Under the pieces are notes generated by a model. The model did not search any database. It saw only the letters and a list, made by a program, of their open reading frames with translations, and was not told the DNA's origin. Made by a program: the position numbers and the translations under genes. Shown here piece after piece: positions 33,166-42,269 of a stretch of 64,000 nucleotides of DNA. Origin of the DNA: Myxococcota bacterium (GTDB lineage Bacteria; Myxococcota_A; UBA9160; UBA6930); the NCBI GenBank assembly GCA_965223415.1, contig OZ245002.1, positions 5,536,001-5,600,000 of the forward strand, in the 5' to 3' direction. The stretch's first letter is position 1. Every line of letters begins with the position of its first letter.

Positions 33166-33204
33166 GAACCGCGCTGGCCGGATCCGAAAGCGGCCCCGGG
33201 CGGG

Positions 33205-33420
33205 CTACTCCTCGGCCTCTTCCTCCGCGACCTCGTAGTCCGGCGTGATGTGGCCGGCGGCCACCTCGCGCAGGGCGGTCACGATCTCCTTGTTCTCGTC
33301 CGTCTGGACGAGCGCGCGGGCGCCCTTCTTGAGCTGCTTCGCGCGGATCGCCGCCATCTGCACCAGGTGGAAGCGGTTGGGGATCCGGGCGGTGCAGTCC
33401 TCGATCGTGATCCGTGCCAT
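33205..33420 (-). CDS. rpoZ: RNA polymerase omega subunit
   Basis: [34 protein letters not shown]. Confidence 0.96.
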   Translation of the reverse strand: MARITIEDCTARIPNRFHLVQMAAIRAKQLKKGARALVQTDENKEIVTALREVAAGHITPDYEVAEEEAEE

Positions 33421-33494
33421 GGGGCTCCTCCGCCCCCTGGGGGGCTGCCGCAGCTGAGAGAAGGCGGCCGAGTCTACCAGCCGCCCTGAAGAAG

Positions 33495-33525
33495 GAAACC
33501 CCGGCCGGCAGGTGCCGGCCGGGGT
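33495..33525 (-). terminator. Intrinsic terminator downstream of the histone-like gene
   Basis: 12-bp stem ACCCCGGCCGGC/GCCGGCCGGGGT followed by a short T run on the minus strand. Confidence 0.6.
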
Positions 33526-33555
33526 CCCAAGACCTTCCGTGAAGGTCGGCGCTGG

Positions 33556-34023
33556 CTAGCGCCGCCGCCGCGTGGCCTTCTTCCGGCGCGTGGCCTTCTT
33601 GCGAGTCGCCTTCTTCCGGCGGGTCGCCTTCTTGCGCGTGGCCTTCTTCCGGCGGGTCGCCTTCTTGCGCGTCGCCTTCTTCCGGCGCGTGGCCTTCTTG
33701 CGAGTCGCCTTCTTCCGGCGCGTGGCCTTCTTGCGCGTGGCCTTCTTCCGGCGGGTCGCCTTCTTGCGAGTCGCCTTCTTCCGGCGCGTGGCCTTCTTGC
33801 GCGTGGCCTTCTTCCGGCGGGTCGCCTTCTTGCGCGTCGCCTTCTTGCGCGTGGCCTTCTTGCGCGTGGCCTTCTTGCGAGTCGCTTTCTTGCGCGTCGC
33901 CTTCTTCCGGGTGGCCTTCTTGCGCGTCGCCTTCTTGCGAGTGGCCTTCTTGCGCGTGGCCTTCCGGCGCGTCGCCTTCTTGCGCGTCGCCTTCTTGCGG
34001 GTTGCCTTCTTTCGAGCTGCCAT
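33556..34023 (-). CDS. Histone H1-like / Hc2-like basic repeat protein (KKATR)n
   Basis: 155 aa made only of M, K, A, T and R; 28 KATR units with synonymous codon variation. Confidence 0.85.
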   Translation of the reverse strand: MAARKKATRKKATRKKATRRKATRKKATRKKATRKKATRKKATRKKATRKKATRKKATRKKATRKKATRRKKATRKKATRRKKATRKKATRRKKATRKKATRRKKATRKKATRRKKATRKKATRRKKATRKKATRRKKATRKKATRRKKATRRRR

Positions 34024-34186
34024 TTCTTGGGTCACCCCCCGTTGGGCGCTCCGGACCCCCCTGTGGAGCCGGAACACCGCGGTGTTGGTGGTTCCAGCCC
34101 CTATCGGAGGCAGGAACCTGCGACTTGAAGGGGAAGACCCCTCTTTCCGTCGCAATTTGCGGCGACTAGCGCCGAAGTTGCGATCG

Positions 34187-34216
34187 AAGCTAACCGCGCG
34201 AAATCGAGGCCGTCAA
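34187..34216 (-). promoter_or_regulatory. Putative sigma70 promoter of the histone-like gene
   Basis: TTGACG-18 bp-TAGCTT on the minus strand. Confidence 0.45.
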
Positions 34217-34406
34217 GAGAGAAACGCAAAAAAATCAAGACGATGGAGGCCCAAGCTGCGGGCGATCGGACGAAATCGCCGTGAACTCGACCGAGCGGAT
34301 CCGCGGACCGGCGGCGGAGAGCCGGAAATGCGCGGCGGCGCGCGGAGTTGACGCGTCGCCGCGGAGCCCCTATTCATCCCGGCTCTTCCGAGCCCGAGGA
34401 GCCCGC

Positions 34407-34499
34407 GTGGGTAGCGTCATCAAGAAGCGCCGCAAGAAGATGCGCAAGCACAAGAAGAAGAAGCTGCTCAAGCGCGCCCGCCACAAGCGGAAGCGCTAG
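34407..34499 (+). CDS. Small ribosomal protein bS22 (AURKAIP1/COX24 family)
   Basis: MGSVIKKRRKKMRKHKKKKLLKRARHKRKR after a GAGGAG RBS. Confidence 0.88.
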   Translation: MGSVIKKRRKKMRKHKKKKLLKRARHKRKR

Positions 34500-34568
34500 A
34501 GCCCCAGTCCGGGATTCCGGCGATCCGAGACCGGCGGGAGCCCGACTTCGGCGCCGGAGCGCGAGCCC

Positions 34569-35048
34569 TCAGGCGGTCTGTTGAACGGGCAGGGATGGCG
34601 CCCCACTGCCGGGCCAGGCCCGGCGAACGCGCCCGAGCAGCCGGTTCACCGGGTGTCGCCGCGGCAGGAAGGAGAGCACCGGCGCCCGGCGCATGCCCAG
34701 GCCCTGGAGCTCCCCCAGCATCTCGCCGTTGCCCGGGTCGATCATCAGACCCCGGCGCAGGTAGCGGATCGCCTCGGCCTTGAAGCCGAAGGCCAGGTGG
34801 ACCCGCGAGAGGTTGTGGTAGAGCTCGGGGTTGAAGAACTCCTCCTTGGCGGCGGAGCGGCAGAGCTCGAGGGCGCGGTCGAAGCGGCGCTCCACGAGGG
34901 CCAGGCCCAGACCGTAGTAGGACCGGTAGCGGGGATTGGCCTGGTCGAGGTTGTGGGCGTTGCGGAAGTGCTCGAGCGCCTCGGCGAACTGCCCCGCAGC
35001 GAGCAGGTCGCGGCCCCGTCGGTACTGCTCCTCAGCGGTCACGGACAC
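34569..35048 (-). CDS. Tetratricopeptide repeat protein
   Basis: TPR-like helices (YYGLGLA, LYHNLSRVHLAFG..EAIRYL..GLMIDPGN); GGAG RBS. Confidence 0.78.
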   Translation of the reverse strand: MSVTAEEQYRRGRDLLAAGQFAEALEHFRNAHNLDQANPRYRSYYGLGLALVERRFDRALELCRSAAKEEFFNPELYHNLSRVHLAFGFKAEAIRYLRRGLMIDPGNGEMLGELQGLGMRRAPVLSFLPRRHPVNRLLGRVRRAWPGSGAPSLPVQQTA

Positions 35049-35130
35049 GTTCTCTCCTCCGTCCTCATCGTCCGGTGCGGCCCGGGGCTGGAGTGACCCG
35101 GCTCACCTTCTGACGTGCAACCGCACACAA

Positions 35131-35146
35131 GGCAAGACGCGTGCCG
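35131..35146 (-). promoter_or_regulatory. Putative sigma54 (-24/-12) promoter of the TPR gene
   Basis: CGGCAC-GCGTC-TTGCC on the minus strand, about 85 bp upstream of the start. Confidence 0.5.
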
Positions 35147-35303
35147 AGGGTTCTCCCAGGGGCAGCGGGGAGTGCCACGGACACACCCGGTCAGGGGAAT
35201 CCCGCCTCCGGGACCGATCGTGGCCGGTTCCCTACGAGAACGATCTCGTAACCGGCAAGCACGAGATCGTTCCCGGTGGATGGGAGAAGCAGGGCGGCGG
35301 CGC

Positions 35304-35537
35304 TCAGTACTCGATGATCTCGAGGATGTAGCGCTTCTTCTCCTTGCCACTGGCGGCGGCCATCAGGGTCCGGATGGCCGAAGCGTGGGCGCCCCCCTTG
35401 CCGATGACCTTGCCGAGATCGTCCTTCGCGACGCGCAGCTCCAGCACGTGGGCGTGCTCGCCCACCACCTCCTTGATCTGGACCTCGTCCGGCTTGTCGA
35501 CCAGAGCATGGACGATCGCTTCAATGAGCTGCTTCAT
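35304..35537 (-). CDS. khpA: KH-domain RNA-binding protein KhpA
   Basis: ALVDKPDEV, ELRVAKDDLGKVIGKGG, AIRTL. Confidence 0.9.
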   Translation of the reverse strand: MKQLIEAIVHALVDKPDEVQIKEVVGEHAHVLELRVAKDDLGKVIGKGGAHASAIRTLMAAASGKEKKRYILEIIEY

Positions 35538-35708
35538 GAGCTCCCTCCAGCGTCGGACCTGCGCACGGAGCTACGGCGTCAGCCACCCACTGCTGGGGCG
35601 ATGCGGGCTGATCGCCCGAGTGTACGCCCTCCGGTGGATCCGCTGCCATCGGAAACCCCCGACCTGGGCGTCTCCGATGACCCCCTAGGGGTTTTTTTCG
35701 TCCTCGGG

Positions 35709-36581
35709 CTACGAGGGGGACGCAGGGGCCGGGCGACCGGGAGGGATCGCCCTCCCCTCCCCGAGCACCCGCCGGCCTCCGGCACGCCAGGCCGCGGGGA
35801 CCGGTGTGGCGAGGACACTTCGCGCCAGGCGCAGAGAGCTGTCGAGGGCGCGGCCCCGCCCGGCCAGGCGAGCCCGCCGTGCCAGCTCCGACGGCTCCAC
35901 GTCGTTGCGGACGATCAGGCGATGGATGTCGAGGAGTCCCACCCAGCGCCCGAAGCGATCCCGGCCGAGGCCGGCCGCCGCGTCCAGGAGGTGATCCGTC
36001 GCGTCCGCCGCCGGTCGCCCCGGGTGGAGCTGGAGAGCCAGATCCCAGCGGCCGATGGGCCGCCACAGCACGCGGCTCTCCTGCCGAAGCCCGAAGCCCA
36101 GGCCCCGGGCGACGTCCCGGAGCTCGACCTCGGCCTCGGCGGGGAAGCTGAGCTCCAGGCGATCGACGGGACGCTCGCCCGGATCCGGGTGGACCGGCGC
36201 CGAGCCGCGCAGGAGCGACCAGGGCCCGCGGGGCGCCGTGGCGAGCCCACGCTCCGCGGCCAGGCCGAGCAGCGCCTCACCGACCTCGAGGGTGACGAGG
36301 TTGCGGCGGAGGGTCGTGAAGTAGGCCTGCCGGCAGAGGCCGACGAAGTCGATCGGCAGGGCCGTGCCCAGGAACCCCTGCTCGAGAGCTGGATGCAGGA
36401 AGGCCGCCACCCGATGGCGCATCACCGCCTGGACGAGGAGCTCCTCGTGGGTGCCGTCCCGCAGGCGGGGCGCGGTGCCCGCCGATGCGGTTCCCAGGGC
36501 GCGGCGCAGGGCCTGCACCAGCACCTCGCGGGCGCCCCGGGCCTCAGACCGGCCGTGAACATCGGGTGTGATCGCTTCCAT
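35709..36581 (-). CDS. Hypothetical protein, possibly a degenerate nucleotidyltransferase-family member
   Basis: RH.V..L, RNL, PDPGERP pattern; the usual KG and DxD motifs are not retained. Confidence 0.45.
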   Translation of the reverse strand: MEAITPDVHGRSEARGAREVLVQALRRALGTASAGTAPRLRDGTHEELLVQAVMRHRVAAFLHPALEQGFLGTALPIDFVGLCRQAYFTTLRRNLVTLEVGEALLGLAAERGLATAPRGPWSLLRGSAPVHPDPGERPVDRLELSFPAEAEVELRDVARGLGFGLRQESRVLWRPIGRWDLALQLHPGRPAADATDHLLDAAAGLGRDRFGRWVGLLDIHRLIVRNDVEPSELARRARLAGRGRALDSSLRLARSVLATPVPAAWRAGGRRVLGEGRAIPPGRPAPASPS

Positions 36582-36885
36582 GGGAGCTCCCCCCTGTCCG
36601 GACCCGGGCCTTCGCCCGGGGCCTGCTGGGGTTTCGGCCGGGCACGCTGCCGGCTTGAGCGAGGGAAATCACCGCATTGGCGGGGACTTGCCGGTGCGTG
36701 CTGCGCGCCCACGGGAGCGCAGGGCGTGGGTGCGGCGAAGGCGGCCCAGATTCGGTACATCCCCGCGGAATGGAACCCATCGTGGGCGACGAGCCGCAAC
36801 CTACCTTCCACCGCCCAGGACGCCGGGAAGGACGACTGCCCGTCTAGGGTGCCCGCCGGGCCCCTGCGGACAGGGGGCCTCGGTC

Positions 36886-38244
36886 ATGGCGACCTCCCAT
36901 CAGGAGACGACGCGCATCCTCCGTCGGCTGCTCGCAAGCGGCATGACGGCGCGTGCGGAGCGTCTGCTCGGGCGGATGCGACCGGCCGATCGGGGGCCGG
37001 TCATCTCGGCTCTCACGCCGCCCGAGATCCGCACCGTGATCGATCTGCTCTTCGAGCAGCATCGCGCCGCCAGCACGCTCATCGAGCTGCCGCCGGAGCT
37101 GCTGCCCCAGGTGTTCGACGCCCTCGGCGACGAGCGCCTGGCCCAGATCCTCGGACGCCTCGAGCTCGACGACATGCTCGAGTTCGTCGAGTGGCTCGAC
37201 CCGGAGCGTCGCGAGCCGATCATCTCGCTGCTGCCGGACGGCGCGCGGGCGGAGCTCCACAAGGCGGAGCTCTACCCGCCCTCCAGCGCCGGCCGGGTGA
37301 TGACCACCCAGTACGTCGCCCTGCACATGGACATGACGGCGCAGGAGGCCATCGATCGCATCCGGGCCGCCGGCGTCGAGGACGACGAGGCCATCCTCTA
37401 CCTCTACGTGGTCGACGAGAAGTCGCGGCTCCTGGGGGTGGTGCCGCTGCGGCGGCTGGTGGCGGCCAGCCCGGAGCGCCGCTGTGCCGACCTGATGGTG
37501 ACGGAGCCGGTCTCGGTCCCCGCCCACGCCGATCAGGAGGAGGTGGCCCAGCTCGTGGGTCGGTACAACCTCCTGGCCGTTCCGGTGGTGGACGACGAGG
37601 AGCGCATCCTCGGCGTCATCACCGTGGACGACGTGATCGAGGTGATCAACGAGGAGGCCACCGAGGACATGTACCTGCTGGCGGGCCTGTCCGAGGAGGA
37701 TCGGGTCTTCAGCCCGGCCCACCACGCGGTCCGCAAGCGCCTGCCATGGATGCTGATCAACCTGGGCGCGACCTTCCTCGCGGCCTACGTGGTCGGCCTC
37801 TTCGAGCGGACCCTCGAACAGATCGTCGCCCTGGCCTTCTTCATGCCGGTCGTCGCCGGGATGGGCGGCAACGGCGGCATCCAGTCACTCACCGTCATCA
37901 CCCGGGCCATCGCCCTCGGCGAGCTGGAGTTCTCGAGTGGCCTGCGGGCGATCGGGAAGGAGGTGAGCGTCGCCATCGTCATCGGTCTCGTCACCGGCGC
38001 CGTGAGCGGCGGCCTCGCTTACCTCTGGCAGGGCAACGCGTATCTGGGCCTGGTCCTGTTCGCGACGATGATGGCCACCATGGCGGTGGCCGGCGTCCTC
38101 GGTGCCGCCGTGCCGCTGATCCTCAAGGCCGCCGGCCAGGACCCGGCCGTCGGCTCCGGCGTGTTCGTCACCACCCTCACCGACATCTTCGGCTTTGCCG
38201 CCTTCCTCGGCATCGGCACCACCCTGCTCGACCGTCTGGTCTGA
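36886..38244 (+). CDS. mgtE: Magnesium transporter MgtE
   Basis: SAGRVMT, CBS pair, GVITVDDV, RLPW, GMGGNGGIQS, DPA..SG.FVTTLTD. Confidence 0.94.
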   Translation: MATSHQETTRILRRLLASGMTARAERLLGRMRPADRGPVISALTPPEIRTVIDLLFEQHRAASTLIELPPELLPQVFDALGDERLAQILGRLELDDMLEFVEWLDPERREPIISLLPDGARAELHKAELYPPSSAGRVMTTQYVALHMDMTAQEAIDRIRAAGVEDDEAILYLYVVDEKSRLLGVVPLRRLVAASPERRCADLMVTEPVSVPAHADQEEVAQLVGRYNLLAVPVVDDEERILGVITVDDVIEVINEEATEDMYLLAGLSEEDRVFSPAHHAVRKRLPWMLINLGATFLAAYVVGLFERTLEQIVALAFFMPVVAGMGGNGGIQSLTVITRAIALGELEFSSGLRAIGKEVSVAIVIGLVTGAVSGGLAYLWQGNAYLGLVLFATMMATMAVAGVLGAAVPLILKAAGQDPAVGSGVFVTTLTDIFGFAAFLGIGTTLLDRLV

Positions 38245-38253
38245 CCGCAGCCC

Positions 38254-38949
38254 CTAGGTGGCGTAGACGCGGTCGAGGTAGGCCAGGATGTCGGCGGACT
38301 CGAAGAGCTCGGTCCCGGTGTTCGGGTCGCGCAGCCAAGGCACCTGCATGCGGCCGGATTGCTTCACGAAGGCCTCCCGGCGTGGGCTGCCCTTGGCCAC
38401 GTTGTGCAGGAGGTAGGGGATCTCGAGGCTGCAGAGCTTCTCGCGGACGATGCGGCAGAACGGGGACGCCTCGAAGCTCCACAGCTCGAGGGGCGCCTCA
38501 GGCGGCCGGGACGGCTCGACCCGCACGCCCTTGGTTCCGCGGGTCGCGCTCGCGAGCTGGGCGCCCAGCAGGGTGAGCGGGCCCAACCGGAGCCCGAGCG
38601 GCGGCGCTCCCTTGCCGTAGTGCTCGTAGAGGTAGGCGACGATGTCGTCGGACTCGTACATCTCCACGTCGGTGTTGGGATCGACGAGATAGGGGAACAT
38701 CGCCTTGCCGCCGCGCTTGACCAGCTCGGGCCGGAAGCGGGTCCCCTTCTTCGGGCACGGCAGGACGTGGGCCTCGAGGTCGAGGTCCGAGAGCGCCTCC
38801 CGGACCTTCCGGCAGAACGGGCAGTTCTCGAACTCGTAGAGCACGAGGGGCTCCGCCGGCCTCGCTCCCGGCGAGCCCACGCTCATGCCAGAAGCGCCCC
38901 GCGCGAGGGTCGCCGCCACGGACAGGCCGACGTCGACGGATCGGTTCAA
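38254..38949 (-). CDS. GST N-terminal / glutaredoxin-like tandem domain protein
   Basis: CPFCRKVRE..PYLVDPNT..MYESDDI and SPFCRIVRE..VPWLRDPNT..FESADI; TTG start overlaps the upstream TGA. Confidence 0.85.
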   Translation of the reverse strand: MNRSVDVGLSVAATLARGASGMSVGSPGARPAEPLVLYEFENCPFCRKVREALSDLDLEAHVLPCPKKGTRFRPELVKRGGKAMFPYLVDPNTDVEMYESDDIVAYLYEHYGKGAPPLGLRLGPLTLLGAQLASATRGTKGVRVEPSRPPEAPLELWSFEASPFCRIVREKLCSLEIPYLLHNVAKGSPRREAFVKQSGRMQVPWLRDPNTGTELFESADILAYLDRVYAT

Positions 38950-40316
38950 AAGAAGACCTCCACCAGAACGTAGACCAGCGCCTGGGCATCTCCGAATTGC
39001 GAGCGCCGCCCCCCACCGAAGAGCTGGGCGCCGACGGTGATCTCCGCGTCGTTCAGCCCGGTGAAGGCCACGGAGGGAAAGACCGCCGTGCTGTGACCGT
39101 TCCAGTCGTGAATGACGAGGAGGTTGGCGTTCACGGCCGTGACGATGTCGGTCCCGACCTGGAGGCCCGTCTGATGCCGCGCGTTCGAGACAACGCCGCT
39201 GCCGCCGAAGCGGGCCGCCGATACCGGACGCACCACCGGGCCCGTGGGACCGAGCGGACCCACCGGCCCGGGCATCGCCTCGAAGAGCGGGAGGAGCGTC
39301 CCGGCCCTGCCTTCTCCGAAGCCCAGGGCGTTGCCGTCGTAGAGGTGCTCGACGAGCGTGTAGATCCCGTTGCCGACGTCGAAGTTGTAGTCGAGGGAGA
39401 CGACGGCCTGCCAGAAACGGTCCAGCTCCCGCGGCGCCTCCCAGCCGATCTCCCGGACGTCGCGCTCGGGATCGGTGTAGACGGCCTCCACCCGCCAGGC
39501 GGCGTCGCCCAGGTTGCCCGCCAGATCGAAGCCCAGCGTTCGCGCTTCCTCGAACACCCCCGCCATCAGACCGACGTCGGTGTCCCGCAGGACGCCGTCG
39601 AAGCGCAGGGCGTACCGCGCGTCGTCGCTGCGGGTCCCGGGGGCGTAGACGAGCTGGAGGTAGTCGAAGTCCGAGAGCAGCCAGCGGGCCTCGACGGCGT
39701 CGATACCCGCGGACTGGTCGCCCTCCAGCGCCAGCGGACCGATCGGATTGAAGCGGTCGATGGGATTCCAGAGGCGGCCGACGCCCCAGGGAATTCGCTG
39801 CCGGCCCACCGTGATCTGCGCCTTCCGGCCCTCGTAGCGGACGTAGGCGCGGTACAACAGGTGGCGCCAGCGGCGGTGGGAGGCGTCGTCCCCGAGGCCG
39901 AAGGCGTGGATCTCGTCTTCCAGGCCGAGGAAGGTGTCGGCATCCCCGCCGCCGAGACCCAGGCGGTCGAGGGTGCCCACCCGCAGCTCGTGGTCGTACA
40001 TCAGGACCGCCGACCATCCACCCCCGGCCTCGAAGTCGAGGCGCTGGCGCAGCCGGGTGAGGCTCTCCCAGACGTCGCGGTCGCCAACCAGGTCGAAGGC
40101 GGGGCAGTCCGGGAAGAGCGCGGCCAGGGCGCAGGTCGGGCCCGCGGCGGCGACCGCCGCACGGAACTTGGCGCCGTCGGTGCCGTTGCTCGTGGTCACG
40201 AGCTCCCGCACCGAGCCGCTCCACTCGAGCGAGCGCTCGCCGGAGCTCCACAGCTCGACGGCCGCGCAAGGCGCGGCCAGCGCGAAGGCGAGGATCGCCG
40301 AGGCGGATCGCCTCAT
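38946..40316 (-). CDS. Putative outer-membrane beta-barrel partner of the ABC system
   Basis: Signal peptide, ITVGRQRIPWG..WNPIDRF, C-terminal Phe. Confidence 0.7.
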   Translation of the reverse strand: MRRSASAILAFALAAPCAAVELWSSGERSLEWSGSVRELVTTSNGTDGAKFRAAVAAAGPTCALAALFPDCPAFDLVGDRDVWESLTRLRQRLDFEAGGGWSAVLMYDHELRVGTLDRLGLGGGDADTFLGLEDEIHAFGLGDDASHRRWRHLLYRAYVRYEGRKAQITVGRQRIPWGVGRLWNPIDRFNPIGPLALEGDQSAGIDAVEARWLLSDFDYLQLVYAPGTRSDDARYALRFDGVLRDTDVGLMAGVFEEARTLGFDLAGNLGDAAWRVEAVYTDPERDVREIGWEAPRELDRFWQAVVSLDYNFDVGNGIYTLVEHLYDGNALGFGEGRAGTLLPLFEAMPGPVGPLGPTGPVVRPVSAARFGGSGVVSNARHQTGLQVGTDIVTAVNANLLVIHDWNGHSTAVFPSVAFTGLNDAEITVGAQLFGGGRRSQFGDAQALVYVLVEVFF

Positions 40317-40996
40317 GCGGCCTTCTGCTCGTCCGCCACCACCTGCCCGTCGCGGAGCCGCACCGTCCGCCGCGAGCTCTCGATCACCATCGGGTCGTGG
40401 GTCGAGAAGAGGAAGGTGACCGCGTGGCGCTGGTTCATCTCCTGCATCAAGTCGAGGAGGGTCTGGGCGGTCTTCGAATCGAGGTTCGCGGTGGGCTCGT
40501 CCGCCAGCACGACCCGCGGGTCGCTCACGATCGCGCGGGCCACCGCCACCCGCTGCTGCTGGCCGCCGCTCATCTCGAGGGGCCGCTTCTCGGCCATGTC
40601 CGCGAGGCCCACCTCGTCGAGCATCTCCATCGCGCGCTCCCTGCGCTCGGCGGCGGCGACGCCCTGGAGCTCCATCACGAACTCGACGTTCTCCCGGGCC
40701 GAGAGCACCGGGATCAGGTTGTAGGCCTGGAAGATGAAGCCCAGCTTCGTGAGCCGGAGGCGCGCGAGCTCCGCCGGCGAGAGGCCGGCCAGATCCTCGC
40801 CCTCCAGCCGGATCGATCCGCGCGTGGGCACGTCCAAGGCGCCGAACAGGTTCAGGAGCGTCGTCTTGCCGGAGCCGCTGGGCCCGGCGAGGGCGGTGAA
40901 CTCACCCTCGCTCACCGTCAAGCTGACGTCCTGCAGCGCGACGGTCTCCACCCCTCGCGTCTCGTAGACCTTCCAGACCTGGGCCGCTTCGAGCAT
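40313..40996 (-). CDS. ABC transporter ATP-binding protein (LolD/MacB type)
   Basis: GPSGSGKT, MSGGQQQR, LADEPTANLD, STHD. Confidence 0.93.
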   Translation of the reverse strand: MLEAAQVWKVYETRGVETVALQDVSLTVSEGEFTALAGPSGSGKTTLLNLFGALDVPTRGSIRLEGEDLAGLSPAELARLRLTKLGFIFQAYNLIPVLSARENVEFVMELQGVAAAERRERAMEMLDEVGLADMAEKRPLEMSGGQQQRVAVARAIVSDPRVVLADEPTANLDSKTAQTLLDLMQEMNQRHAVTFLFSTHDPMVIESSRRTVRLRDGQVVADEQKAA

Positions 40997-41004
40997 GAGC
41001 TCTC

Positions 41005-42267
41005 CTAGACGTGACGAACCGCTTCGGCGGGTCGGATGCGGATGGCGCGCACCGCGGGCCAGAGGCTGGCCAGGAGCGCCGTCAAGACGGCGATGCCGAG
41101 GGGCTGGGTGACGTCGGCGGTGCGTACGAGGGGTACGATCACCGGGGACATGCCGTAGGCCTCGAGCCCGTCCGCCCAGGCGGAGAGGTCGATGCCGCCG
41201 GACAGCGCCCACACGCCGAGGAAGCCCAGGGCCACGCCGCAGGCGACGCCCACCAGGGTGAGGATCAGCGATTCGGCCAGCAGCGAAGCGACGAGCCGGG
41301 CCGGCGGCATGCCCAGGGAGAGCACGATGCCGATCTCGCGAATGCGTTCGTAGAGCGACATCAGGAGCACGTTGGCGATACCGAAGGCCATGGCGATGAA
41401 GATCGCCGCGTACATGATCCAGCCCATCTGGTCCATGATCTCGATCATCGAGACCAGCACCGGGCGCAGCTCGCCCCAGGTGCGCACCTCCAGGTCGGCA
41501 CCGAGTCGCTCCTCCAGGCGCGCGGCCAGACCGTCCAGGGCGCGGTCGTCGCCGGAGACGATCACGAACTCGGAGATGTCCCCGCCGATGCCGAGCAGGC
41601 GTTGGGCCTCCTCGATGTGCAGGAAGAGCGCGCCCTCGTCCAGCTCCCGGGACGGGGTGCGGAAGAGCCCCGCCACCCGGTAGGCCTCGCCGGTCAGGTC
41701 GCCGCTCACGTCCTGCACCGAGAGGACGACCTTGTCGTCGACGGCGACCTGGAGGCGCTCGGCCAGGCGCTCGCCCAGCAGGACGCGACGGCGCTCGCCG
41801 TCCAGGTAGCGGCCGGCGGTGAGCGACTCGTCGATGACCGACACGCCGGCTTCGCGCTCGGGGTCGATCGCCACGAGACGCACGCCGACGCTCGCCCGAG
41901 GCGAGGACACCAGCCCCTCGTGGCGCACCCGAGGCGCCCAGGCGATCACCTCCGGCAGCCCGCCCACCAGCTCCGGGCCGACGCCCTGCCCCGGCGGAAT
42001 GCGCAGCTCGATGCCGGGCTTCGCGTCGAAGCCCGCCGCGTGGATCTGCACATGGCCGAGCTCGGTGCGGATCGCCGTGGCCACCATCTCGAACATCAGC
42101 CCGTAGTTGACGGCCATGGCGAGGATCGTGGCCCCGAGGCCGACGGAGATCGCCGAGCCCACGATCAGCGTGCGGCGGGGATTGCGCCCGACGTTGCGCC
42201 AGGCGATGCGCCAGGTGGCCGGTCGCACCAGCGCGGTCAGGAACCCGAGGACGCCGCCGGTCGCCAT
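41005..42267 (-). CDS. ABC transporter permease (FtsX/LolE/MacB type)
   Basis: AWRNVGRNPRRT, GHVQI, FGIANVLLMSLYERIREIG. Confidence 0.9.
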   Translation of the reverse strand: MATGGVLGFLTALVRPATWRIAWRNVGRNPRRTLIVGSAISVGLGATILAMAVNYGLMFEMVATAIRTELGHVQIHAAGFDAKPGIELRIPPGQGVGPELVGGLPEVIAWAPRVRHEGLVSSPRASVGVRLVAIDPEREAGVSVIDESLTAGRYLDGERRRVLLGERLAERLQVAVDDKVVLSVQDVSGDLTGEAYRVAGLFRTPSRELDEGALFLHIEEAQRLLGIGGDISEFVIVSGDDRALDGLAARLEERLGADLEVRTWGELRPVLVSMIEIMDQMGWIMYAAIFIAMAFGIANVLLMSLYERIREIGIVLSLGMPPARLVASLLAESLILTLVGVACGVALGFLGVWALSGGIDLSAWADGLEAYGMSPVIVPLVRTADVTQPLGIAVLTALLASLWPAVRAIRIRPAEAVRHV

Positions 42268-42269
42268 CG

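Noticed and set aside
33572..34351. (RVAFL)n ORF on the plus strand
   Set aside because: Antisense of the KKATR gene, which has the promoter-like and terminator signals.
34348..34376. TTGACG-17 bp-TATTCA promoter for bS22
   Set aside because: The -10 box lacks the conserved final T; too weak to call.
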